This document shows, piece by piece, positions 55,575-64,000 of a stretch of 64,000 bases of DNA. Below the pieces are notes generated by a model. The model searched no databases. It saw nothing but the letters and a program-made list of their open reading frames with translations, and was not told the origin of the DNA. The number at the start of each line of letters is the position of its first letter. The stretch's first letter is position 1. The stretch lies in the NCBI GenBank assembly GCA_014384675.1, contig JACNFK010000024.1, positions 17,018-81,017 of the forward strand, given 5' to 3'. Made by a program: the position numbers and the translations under genes. The DNA comes from Candidatus Thiopontia autotrophica (lineage in GTDB: Bacteria > Pseudomonadota > Gammaproteobacteria > GCF-002020875).

Positions 55575-56069
55575 ATGAGAAGACACATTATTTCACTGCT
55601 GATGGAGAATGAGGCCGGCGCACTGTCACGGGTTGCAGGACTCTTCTCTGCTCGTGGTTACAACATCGAGACCCTGACAGTTGCTCCCACCAATGATCCA
55701 ACCCTCTCCAGAATGACTATTGTTACATCTGGAACCGAAGCGGTTATTGAGCAGATCAACAAGCAACTGAACAAACTTATTGATGTGGTTACCCTTGTCG
55801 ACCTGACGGAGGGAGTACACATTGAGAGGGAGTTGGTCATGGTCAAGGTGATGGCGTCTGAGGCTGATTGTAATACTGTTCGTCAGGTGGTTGCAGAGCA
55901 TCATGCCGATGTTGTTGACGAGACTGACCATGCATGTGTTATCGAGTTGCTTGGAAATAGCGAGAAGATCAATGCATTTATATCTGCGCTGGAGCCATTC
56001 TCGATACTGGAGGTTGTTCGTTCCGGGGTCTCCGGAATTGCCCGTGGTGAGGATGCCCTCAGAATCTGA
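55575..56069 (+). CDS. ilvN: Acetolactate synthase small (regulatory) subunit
   Basis: ACT domain (HIISLLMENEAGALSRV), 164 aa. Confidence 0.9.
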   Translation: MRRHIISLLMENEAGALSRVAGLFSARGYNIETLTVAPTNDPTLSRMTIVTSGTEAVIEQINKQLNKLIDVVTLVDLTEGVHIERELVMVKVMASEADCNTVRQVVAEHHADVVDETDHACVIELLGNSEKINAFISALEPFSILEVVRSGVSGIARGEDALRI

Positions 56070-56148
56070 TTGATTGTCCGCAGTCGCTTTTTAGTGGATA
56101 ATTCGCCGCTCTGTTTTGTAACACCATTATATTTAAAAATTTTTGTAA

Positions 56149-57188
<1,040 letters not shown>

Positions 57189-57189
<1 letters not shown>

Positions 57190-57250
57190 GAAAGTTCTGA
57201 TTAAGTCACTTCGTGACCTAATCAGATCTCCCTCACAAGGATTCATATAA
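57189..57250 (-). repeat. MITE-like repeat half-copy C, in inverted orientation relative to copy A
   Basis: ctgattaagtcac-ttc-gtgacctaatcag palindrome plus ctccctcacaag, matching the reverse complement of copy A's right arm. Confidence 0.65.
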
Positions 57251-57252
57251 GA

Positions 57253-57293
57253 AACGCCTGTACTGAATAAAAATCGGTACAGGCGTTTTTTTA
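57253..57293 (+). terminator. Rho-independent terminator after ilvC
   Basis: aacgcctgtac..gtacaggcgtt followed by TTTTTTT. Confidence 0.7.
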
Positions 57294-57304
57294 TTTGTGA
57301 CAGT

Positions 57305-58147
57305 GTGCCTCTATCAGCGATAATAGGAGGAATGAATACAACTGTAGAAAAACAGCGCAGAAGAGGGATCTATCTACTCCCAAATCTGTTTACCACCGCA
57401 GCCCTGTTTGCTGGTTTTTTTGCCATTATCTCGGCAATAAAAGGGAGCTATGAGGCGGCCGCTATCGCCATTTTTATTGCCATGGTTCTGGATGGACTGG
57501 ATGGACGTGTTGCTCGCATGACCAACACCCAGACTGAATTTGGCGCCGAGTATGACAGCCTCTCTGATATGGTTTCGTTTGGAGTGGCACCCGCGCTGGT
57601 GGTATATCTTTGGGGGTTGTCAGCCATGGGTAAATTGGGGTGGCTGGCTGCATTTATATATACTGCAGGCGCAGCACTTCGTCTGGCCCGTTTTAATACT
57701 CAGGTAAGCAGTGCAGACAAAAGGTATTTTCAGGGGTTGCCAAGTCCTGCATCAGCGGCGGTGGTGGCAGGCATGGTCTGGGTTGCAGTTGATTACGGTT
57801 TTTACGGTGAGGGTGTTCCGCTAGAGCTGAGTTATATCGCGGCTCTGATTACGGCCTTGTCCGGATTGTTGATGGTCAGCAATATACGCTATCACAGTTT
57901 CAAGGAGCTTAATCTCAAAGATCGTATCCCTTTTGTTGCCATGATTCTGATGGTGGCGTTGATAGTATTGATATCGGCAGATCCACCACAGGTTCTGTTT
58001 GGAGGGTTCTTGATTTATGCGATTTGGGGGCCAGTCTCCAACTTGCTGGAGCTTAGAAAGAAGCGTGCGGAGCGTGCAGCTTCGGGTTCCGTGGTAGAAC
58101 AATCCACAGATAAATTTTCAACTGACAAGGCAGATAGTGATGAGTAA
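57305..58147 (+). CDS. pssA: CDP-diacylglycerol--serine O-phosphatidyltransferase (CDP-alcohol phosphatidyltransferase family)
   Basis: DG(x)2AR...G...D...D motif (DGLDGRVAR...GAEYDSLSD) and membrane helices. Confidence 0.8.
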   Translation: MPLSAIIGGMNTTVEKQRRRGIYLLPNLFTTAALFAGFFAIISAIKGSYEAAAIAIFIAMVLDGLDGRVARMTNTQTEFGAEYDSLSDMVSFGVAPALVVYLWGLSAMGKLGWLAAFIYTAGAALRLARFNTQVSSADKRYFQGLPSPASAAVVAGMVWVAVDYGFYGEGVPLELSYIAALITALSGLLMVSNIRYHSFKELNLKDRIPFVAMILMVALIVLISADPPQVLFGGFLIYAIWGPVSNLLELRKKRAERAASGSVVEQSTDKFSTDKADSDE

Positions 58148-59678
58148 GGATCAGTTAATAATATTTGATACCACTCTGCGTGATGGTGAGCAGAGTCCTG
58201 GTGCATCCATGAATATGGATGAGAAGTTAAGAATTGCACGTGCCCTGGAGAAGATGAGAGTTGATGTTATTGAGGCAGGTTTTCCGATCGCAAGCCCGGG
58301 AGACTTCGAGTCGGTTAGAGCAGTTGCTGGAGCGATCAGTGAGAGTACGGTCTGTGGTCTGGCGCGTGCTCTGAAGAAGGATATCGAGACAGCCGGTCGA
58401 GCTCTGGAACCTGCGGCCAAGGGAAGAATCCATACCTTTATTGCAACCTCACCAATTCATATGGAGAAAAAACTTAGAATGTCTCCAGATCAGGTGGTGG
58501 AGCAGGCGGTGCAAGCCGTCAAGTGGGCACGAGAATATACCGATGATGTTGAGTTCTCTCCTGAGGATGCAGGGCGTTCAGAGCCTGATTTTCTCTGCAG
58601 AATTCTGGAGGCAGTTATCGATGCAGGGGCAACCACTCTTAATATTCCAGATACGGTTGGTTATAATCTGCCGCACCAGTTTGGTGGGTTGATCAGCGAC
58701 CTTATTGAACGTGTTCCAAATTCGGACAAGGCTATTTTCTCGGTTCACTGCCATAATGATCTTGGGCTGGCGGTTGGCAACTCACTCTCGGCTGTTCTTA
58801 ATGGGGCTCGTCAGGTTGAGTGTACGATCAATGGTCTTGGTGAGCGCGCAGGTAATGCATCACTGGAAGAGGTGGTTATGGCCGTGCGAACCAGGCAGGA
58901 TCTGTTTAGCTGTGATACTCGTCTTGATACCACACAAATTGTTCCATGTTCTAAAATGGTTTCCGGTATCACCGGATTCCCGGTGCAGCCCAACAAGGCA
59001 GTGGTGGGGGCCAACGCATTTGCTCATGAGTCTGGAATTCACCAGGACGGTGTACTAAAACAGCGTGAAACTTACGAGATCATGCGTGCTGAGGATGTCG
59101 GTTGGTCGGCAAACCGTATGGTACTGGGTAAACACTCCGGACGTAATGCATTCAAGACCAGGCTGAGTGATCTTGGAGTTGAGTTTGGTTCTCAGGAAGA
59201 GCTGAACGAGGCCTTCGCCCGCTTCAAGGATCTGGCCGACAAGAAGCATGAGATTTATGATGAAGATCTACAGGCGCTGGCGACAGACTCAGTGCAGTGG
59301 TGTGCTGACGAGTGTTACCGATTGATCTCGCTTCATGTCTGCTCCGAGACAGGTGAAATCCCCAATGCTGAGGTTACTGTACTTGTTGATGGAGAGGAGA
59401 AGACGGCCAAGGCAACGGGTGCGGGTCCGGTTGATGCCGTGTTTGGTGCTATTGAGTCTCTGGTGGAGAGTCATGCAAAGCTTGACCTCTACTCGGTCAA
59501 CAGCATAACCGAGGGTACCGATGCTCAGGGTGAGGTTACTGTACGGCTCGAAAAGAATGGCGGTTTCATCAATGGCCAGGGGGCAGATACCGACATTGTA
59601 ATCGCTTCTGCCAAAGCCTATATCCACGCACTGAACCGTGTTGCAGAACCAAAAGGACGTGAACATCCTCAATTATGA
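58137..59678 (+). CDS. leuA: 2-Isopropylmalate synthase
   Basis: [18 protein letters not shown] and a C-terminal LeuA dimerisation/regulatory domain. Confidence 0.95.
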   Translation: MMSKDQLIIFDTTLRDGEQSPGASMNMDEKLRIARALEKMRVDVIEAGFPIASPGDFESVRAVAGAISESTVCGLARALKKDIETAGRALEPAAKGRIHTFIATSPIHMEKKLRMSPDQVVEQAVQAVKWAREYTDDVEFSPEDAGRSEPDFLCRILEAVIDAGATTLNIPDTVGYNLPHQFGGLISDLIERVPNSDKAIFSVHCHNDLGLAVGNSLSAVLNGARQVECTINGLGERAGNASLEEVVMAVRTRQDLFSCDTRLDTTQIVPCSKMVSGITGFPVQPNKAVVGANAFAHESGIHQDGVLKQRETYEIMRAEDVGWSANRMVLGKHSGRNAFKTRLSDLGVEFGSQEELNEAFARFKDLADKKHEIYDEDLQALATDSVQWCADECYRLISLHVCSETGEIPNAEVTVLVDGEEKTAKATGAGPVDAVFGAIESLVESHAKLDLYSVNSITEGTDAQGEVTVRLEKNGGFINGQGADTDIVIASAKAYIHALNRVAEPKGREHPQL

Positions 59679-59730
59679 TTTTTGCTGCGTTTGAATTGTT
59701 GCTGATTTTTGCGCTGGTTGGCTGGGTGGT

Positions 59731-60210
59731 ATGGATGATAAGAAAGTAAATATGCAGTCACCATATTTGAATATAATGGGTATTCAGCAGTGGGTACGCA
59801 GAGATAGTACTGAAAACAGTACCACCAATAGCGACGACAATGAATTTTCCAGATATGTTGAAGAGAGCAAAGTAGCAACATCACCGCTACTTGTCATAAC
59901 CACCTCGCTTGACGGAGAGGAGAGAATCCTTCTCGACAACATGCTGCAGGCTATAGAAATTAGTGGTGCAGAGGTTCAGCAGATAACTATCCTCAAACCG
60001 GAGCTGCTCTCTCAACAGGAGTTCCAGCAATATCTTGTGGGGCGTATCAGAGAATCATCGGCGCAAGCGGTAATCCAGTTGGGTGGTGACGTCATCAACC
60101 ATACCCTGGTTGAGTACACCTTTCACCCATCCCACCTGATGCAGCATAAAAGTGACAAGCGGCACGCATGGGAGGCCTTGAAGCGAGTAAAGAAGAGGAT
60201 TGATGGCTGA
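59731..60210 (+). CDS. holD: DNA polymerase III psi subunit
   Basis: LNIMGIQQWVRR resembles the HolD N-terminus (LQQLGITQWSLRR). Immediately upstream of rimI, as in E. coli. Confidence 0.6.
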   Translation: MDDKKVNMQSPYLNIMGIQQWVRRDSTENSTTNSDDNEFSRYVEESKVATSPLLVITTSLDGEERILLDNMLQAIEISGAEVQQITILKPELLSQQEFQQYLVGRIRESSAQAVIQLGGDVINHTLVEYTFHPSHLMQHKSDKRHAWEALKRVKKRIDG

Positions 60211-60661
60211 CCTCAATATTCGTCAGATGGGGGAGGCAGATCTTGAGGGTGTGTTGGAGATCGAACAACAGGTCTACCCATTTCCATGGTCCAGACAGAT
60301 ATTCATCGACTCAATCGAGGCTGGATCACTTCTGGTAGTGATGGAACAGCGCAACAAGATTGTTGGATATGGTGTGCTTTCCAGTGGTGGTGGAGAGTCT
60401 CAGCTGCTCAATATCGCCATTGATCCGGAGTCACAGAAAAAAGGGATGGGAGAGATTCTGTTGAGCTGGCTGATAGAGCGGGCGCGAAGCAAAGGTTCTG
60501 AGATGCTTTTTCTGGAGGTGAGACTATCCAATATCTCTGCTCAGAACCTATATCTCAAGCTTGGATTTAACGAGATTGGTGTACGTGATAACTACTATCG
60601 CGTGGCTGGCGGAAAGCGCGAGGATGCGTTGATATATGCGCTACAGTTTTTACCAAAATAA
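60200..60661 (+). CDS. rimI: Ribosomal-protein-alanine N-acetyltransferase (GNAT)
   Basis: GNAT motifs (Q..G.G..LL) and holD-rimI synteny. Confidence 0.8.
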   Translation: MMADLNIRQMGEADLEGVLEIEQQVYPFPWSRQIFIDSIEAGSLLVVMEQRNKIVGYGVLSSGGGESQLLNIAIDPESQKKGMGEILLSWLIERARSKGSEMLFLEVRLSNISAQNLYLKLGFNEIGVRDNYYRVAGGKREDALIYALQFLPK

Positions 60662-60777
60662 TCACAGCCTCACCCATGCAACACGCTCAAGCACATCCCT
60701 GTGTCGCTCGCCTGTGGTCGTCCAGGCCACAGACGGTTACCCGTGTGAGGCTGCGATCACTTTCGCAAGGATTTATA

Positions 60778-61575
60778 CTATCGTTTCAGATTGTTAGGTA
60801 GTAGCGGGGCAATCGTCTTTTGGATGGCACCATGCACCTCCAGCCCACCAGCAATAACATTTCCTGTCTTCAGAAAATCGGCGCCACCGGAAAAATCACT
60901 ACACACACCACCAGCCTCGGAGACCAGTAGCGCACCGGCAGCTATATCCCATGGGTTGAGCCCAATCTCCCAAAAGCCATCCAGCCTGCCAGCGGCCACA
61001 TAGGCTAGATCAATCGCGGCCGATCCGGCACGACGTATTCCTGCACTGTCAGGAAATAGTGCCTTGAAAGTCTCCATATATACCTCAAGATGCTGCTGGT
61101 CCTTGAATGGAAACCCTGTGCCCAGCAGAGACCCGCTAATCCCTTTTCGGTTGGTGGTGCGAATACGACGATTGTTGAGCATGGCGCCATCGCCCTTGGA
61201 GGCAGTAAAAAGCTCATCCCTCAACGGATCATAGACAACGGCGTGAAGGAGGTTGTCACCAAATGCCAGGGCGATAGAGACTGAGAAAACCGGAAATCCA
61301 TGCAGGTAATTCGTGGTGCCATCCAGAGGATCAATAATCCATTTGTACTCATTGCCCTCAAAGGAGCCATTCTCTTCGGCCAGAATAGAGTGGTCTGGAT
61401 AGGCTTGGTGAAGGATTTTTATTATTTCAGCCTCTGCCTTGCGATCAACCTCGGAGACAAAGTCATTCTTTCCCTTGGATTCAATGTTAAGTGCATCCAG
61501 TCTGTCAATGGAGCGCAGAATTACAGAGCCTGCACGACGCGCTGCCTTGACGGCTGTATTGAGCATTGGGTTCAT
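60778..61575 (-). CDS. suhB: Inositol monophosphatase family protein
   Basis: WIIDPLDGTTN and other IMPase motifs. Divergent from trmJ, as in enterics. Confidence 0.9.
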   Translation of the reverse strand: MNPMLNTAVKAARRAGSVILRSIDRLDALNIESKGKNDFVSEVDRKAEAEIIKILHQAYPDHSILAEENGSFEGNEYKWIIDPLDGTTNYLHGFPVFSVSIALAFGDNLLHAVVYDPLRDELFTASKGDGAMLNNRRIRTTNRKGISGSLLGTGFPFKDQQHLEVYMETFKALFPDSAGIRRAGSAAIDLAYVAAGRLDGFWEIGLNPWDIAAGALLVSEAGGVCSDFSGGADFLKTGNVIAGGLEVHGAIQKTIAPLLPNNLKR

Positions 61576-61664
61576 AACAAGATCCTGAGAAGTGATATAG
61601 GGAGAAGGATTTTACTCTACTGGTATACTATCGGCCACTCAAAACAGTAAAGTATGGTTAGGGA

Positions 61665-61733
61665 ACCACCATAAGATAACTTGTGGGGGAGATCTGATAG
61701 AGTTACGAAGTGACTTAATCAGAGCGTTCTTGG
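61665..61733 (+). repeat. MITE-like repeat partial copy D (right arm with palindrome)
   Basis: ccataagataacttgtgggggagatctgatagagttac-gaa-gtgacttaatcagagcgttctt matches copy A's right half. Confidence 0.65.
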
Positions 61734-61755
61734 CATTGATAATGGATATTCTGAT

Positions 61756-62499
61756 ATGAATCACCTGAGGGTAAGGTTTGTGCTGGTAGAGACTTCCCAT
61801 CCGGGAAATATTGGAGGCGCTGCGCGTGCCATGAAGAATATGTCTCTTGACCAGCTGGTGTTGGTTAATCCAAAACAGTTTCCATGTGCTGAGGCGACCT
61901 CGCGGGCATCAGGGGCAGATGATATTTTGATGAACGCCTCTGTTGTCAAAACGGTAGATGAGGCGCTGAATGGGTGCTCTCTGGTTATCGGAACTACCGC
62001 ACGTCCCAGAAACCTGTATCTGCCTGAGCTTGATCCAAGGGAGTGTGCCGAGAGAGTTATGGATGAGTCTCTCAAGGGGGAGGTTGCGGTACTGTTTGGT
62101 CGAGAAGATTCCGGGCTTAGTAATGAGGAGCTGGATCGCTGTAATCTGTTGATGAGGATCCCAACCAGTCAGGATTACTCTTCACTGAATCTTGGGGCTG
62201 CAGTGCAGGTTCTTGCTTATGAGTTGATGATGCAGAGAGGTACACAATTAAAGCGACCTGTTGGAGAGGTTGTGCGTCAATATCCATTGGCAACAGCGGA
62301 TGAGATGGAGGGCCTTTTTGGGCATATTGAGAAGGTAATTATCGAGACCGGTTTTCTTGATCCAGAAAACCCCAGACAGGTAATGCGTCGTCTGCGTAGA
62401 CTGTTTAACAGGGCAGAGGTGGATCACAATGAGATTAATATTCTTAGGGGTATTCTTACCTCTATCAATTCCAATATGGGCCGTTCCAGAAATGTATAA
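61756..62499 (+). CDS. trmJ: tRNA (cytidine/uridine-2'-O)-methyltransferase (SPOUT class)
   Basis: N-terminal VRFVLVETSHPGNIGGAARAMKNM. Confidence 0.85.
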   Translation: MNHLRVRFVLVETSHPGNIGGAARAMKNMSLDQLVLVNPKQFPCAEATSRASGADDILMNASVVKTVDEALNGCSLVIGTTARPRNLYLPELDPRECAERVMDESLKGEVAVLFGREDSGLSNEELDRCNLLMRIPTSQDYSSLNLGAAVQVLAYELMMQRGTQLKRPVGEVVRQYPLATADEMEGLFGHIEKVIIETGFLDPENPRQVMRRLRRLFNRAEVDHNEINILRGILTSINSNMGRSRNV

Positions 62500-62544
62500 T
62501 CTTGCAATAATAATTTGATTGGGATTTTGGAAAGTTGACGAGCA

Positions 62545-63378
62545 ATGTTTAAGCGTATAAAAGAAGATATTCAGTGCGTATTCGAAAGAGACCCCTCGGC
62601 AAGAAATTCTGTTGAGGTTTTGATCTCATACCCAGGTGTGTTTGCGGTATTGATGCACCGTTTTAACCACAAGATATGGAATGTTGGATTGCGAGGGGTT
62701 GCACGCTGGTTGTCCACCATTGTTCGCTGGATAACCGGAATCGAGATTCACCCTGCCGCAACCATTGGCCGACGTTTTTTCATTGATCACGGTATGGGGG
62801 TGGTGATTGGTGAGACTACGATGATTGGCGATGATTGTACTCTATATCATGGCGTTACTCTGGGTGGAACCAGTTGGGACAAGGGTAAACGTCACCCTAC
62901 ACTTGAGAATAATGTGGTGGTTGGAGCAGGGGCAAAGATTCTTGGTCCAATCGTGCTTGGTGAGGGTGCACGGGTAGGATCCAATTCTGTTGTGGTCAAG
63001 GATGTACCCAATGGGGCCACGGTTGTTGGTATTCCTGCACGTATTATTCAGCGCAAGAAACCAATTAATCCTCATGTTGAGGAGTTTGCCAAGAAGATTG
63101 GTTTCGATGCCTATGGCGCCTCCAGCGAAATGCCGGATCCCGTTGCTAATGCCATAAACTGTATTCTGGACCATGTGCACGCTATGGATTCACAGATGGA
63201 GCAGATGTGCGATGCCATCAAGCAGATTGGTGGTGAGGTTGAGGGGGTTGATCTTCCCGCAATAAACGTATCCTGTTCAATCCGCAAGCAGTCCTGTGAT
63301 GTTGATTGTGATAGTGACGCATGTTCTGTAACAGTTGATAGTAGTGGTCTAACAGGCAGTTCAGAAGCCGCAAAATAA
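62545..63378 (+). CDS. cysE: Serine O-acetyltransferase with an unusual Cys/Asp-rich C-terminal tail
   Basis: SAT N-terminal domain plus hexapeptide repeats. A C-terminal ~60 aa tail carries [18 protein letters not shown]. Confidence 0.8.
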   Translation: MFKRIKEDIQCVFERDPSARNSVEVLISYPGVFAVLMHRFNHKIWNVGLRGVARWLSTIVRWITGIEIHPAATIGRRFFIDHGMGVVIGETTMIGDDCTLYHGVTLGGTSWDKGKRHPTLENNVVVGAGAKILGPIVLGEGARVGSNSVVVKDVPNGATVVGIPARIIQRKKPINPHVEEFAKKIGFDAYGASSEMPDPVANAINCILDHVHAMDSQMEQMCDAIKQIGGEVEGVDLPAINVSCSIRKQSCDVDCDSDACSVTVDSSGLTGSSEAAK

Positions 63379-63457
63379 ACTTGACCTTTTTAGTCAGTTA
63401 AAGCAATATAACCACAGTAATTTTCTGGGTTATTATTATTTAAGCTGAGGAGACCTT

Positions 63458-63916
63458 ATGCGTCTGACAACAAAAGGAAGGTATGCGGTTACTGCCATGC
63501 TGGATCTGGCAATTAACGAAGGCTGTGGGCCAATTACACTCTCTGAAATTTCTGGACGACAGGGGATATCACTCTCCTATCTCGAACAACTTTTTGCCAA
63601 GTTGAGGAAAAAGGGGTTGGTCAAAAGCTCACGTGGACCTGGGGGTGGTTACCGCTTGGCGCAGAGAGCCAATGATATTGCTATCTCGGAGATTATTCTT
63701 GCAGTGGATGAGGCTATTGATGTTAGAAAGTGCAAGGGTGATGGAAATTGTCAGGGGGACCACAGTTGTCTGACTCATGATCTGTGGACTGATCTTAGTG
63801 ACCAGATTCAGGATTTTCTCTCTTCTATCTCATTGGGTGCACTTACAAAGAACAAGAGCATCCATGAGTTGAATCGTTGCCATGGTAACGCATTGCAAGA
63901 AGAGGCAGCAGCCTGA
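63458..63916 (+). CDS. iscR: Rrf2-family Fe-S cluster regulator IscR
   Basis: MRLTTKGRYAVTAMLDLA, HTH, and three clustered Cys (C92, C98, C104). Confidence 0.85.
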   Translation: MRLTTKGRYAVTAMLDLAINEGCGPITLSEISGRQGISLSYLEQLFAKLRKKGLVKSSRGPGGGYRLAQRANDIAISEIILAVDEAIDVRKCKGDGNCQGDHSCLTHDLWTDLSDQIQDFLSSISLGALTKNKSIHELNRCHGNALQEEAAA

Positions 63917-64000
63917 CAGTTACTTTTTGTAATGTACCGATGGCTCTCTATCTTGACTGCAATGCAACGACACCACTTGCCTCAAAGGTTTTTGAGGCAA

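Overview
This 64 kb window looks like a chromosomal segment from a gammaproteobacterium. I cannot name the species. The thrS-infC-rpmI-rplT-pheST-ihfA, holD-rimI and suhB/trmJ-cysE-iscR gene orders support the class assignment. Sulfur-metabolism genes (TusA, rhodanese, a possible sulfur-globule-like protein) point toward a Chromatiales-like sulfur oxidiser or symbiont.

The first ~35 kb is an anaerobic respiration island:
- Denitrification genes: nirF, nirC, nirE, and two tandem copies of cd1 nitrite reductase nirS that share an identical 1.55 kb core. The first copy is an inner-membrane lipoprotein with an Ala/Pro linker; the second is soluble.
- A NirT tetraheme quinol dehydrogenase fused to a large extra C-terminal domain with more haem-binding motifs.
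- A cupredoxin, a Dnr-type regulator next to a membrane hemerythrin, and cytochrome c4 paralogs.
- A NirT pseudogene followed by a NapGH-like ferredoxin pair with no napA.
- A TusA gene next to an unusual fusion of a ZnuA-type substrate-binding protein with a Sco copper chaperone.
- A menaquinone biosynthesis cluster (menA, a triheme cytochrome, ubiE, menE, menF, menB, menD, a thioesterase, menC).
- A clade-II-type nos cluster (nosZ, nosC1, nosC2, nosB, nosD, nosG, nosH, nosF, nosL, nosY, cytochrome c4-like protein). It runs without a break into the men genes on the same strand.
- Five FNR/Dnr boxes (four exact TTGAT-N4-ATCAA, one with a single mismatch) in the key promoter regions.

The remaining ~29 kb is housekeeping:
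- purT, an FKBP-rhodanese lipoprotein, and three tRNAs (two Leu, one Val) flanking a Gly/Trp-rich secreted protein.
- The thrS-pheT block, proS, ilvBNC, pssA, leuA, holD-rimI, suhB, trmJ, cysE and iscR.
- A family of small MITE-like palindromic repeats scattered through the intergenic regions.
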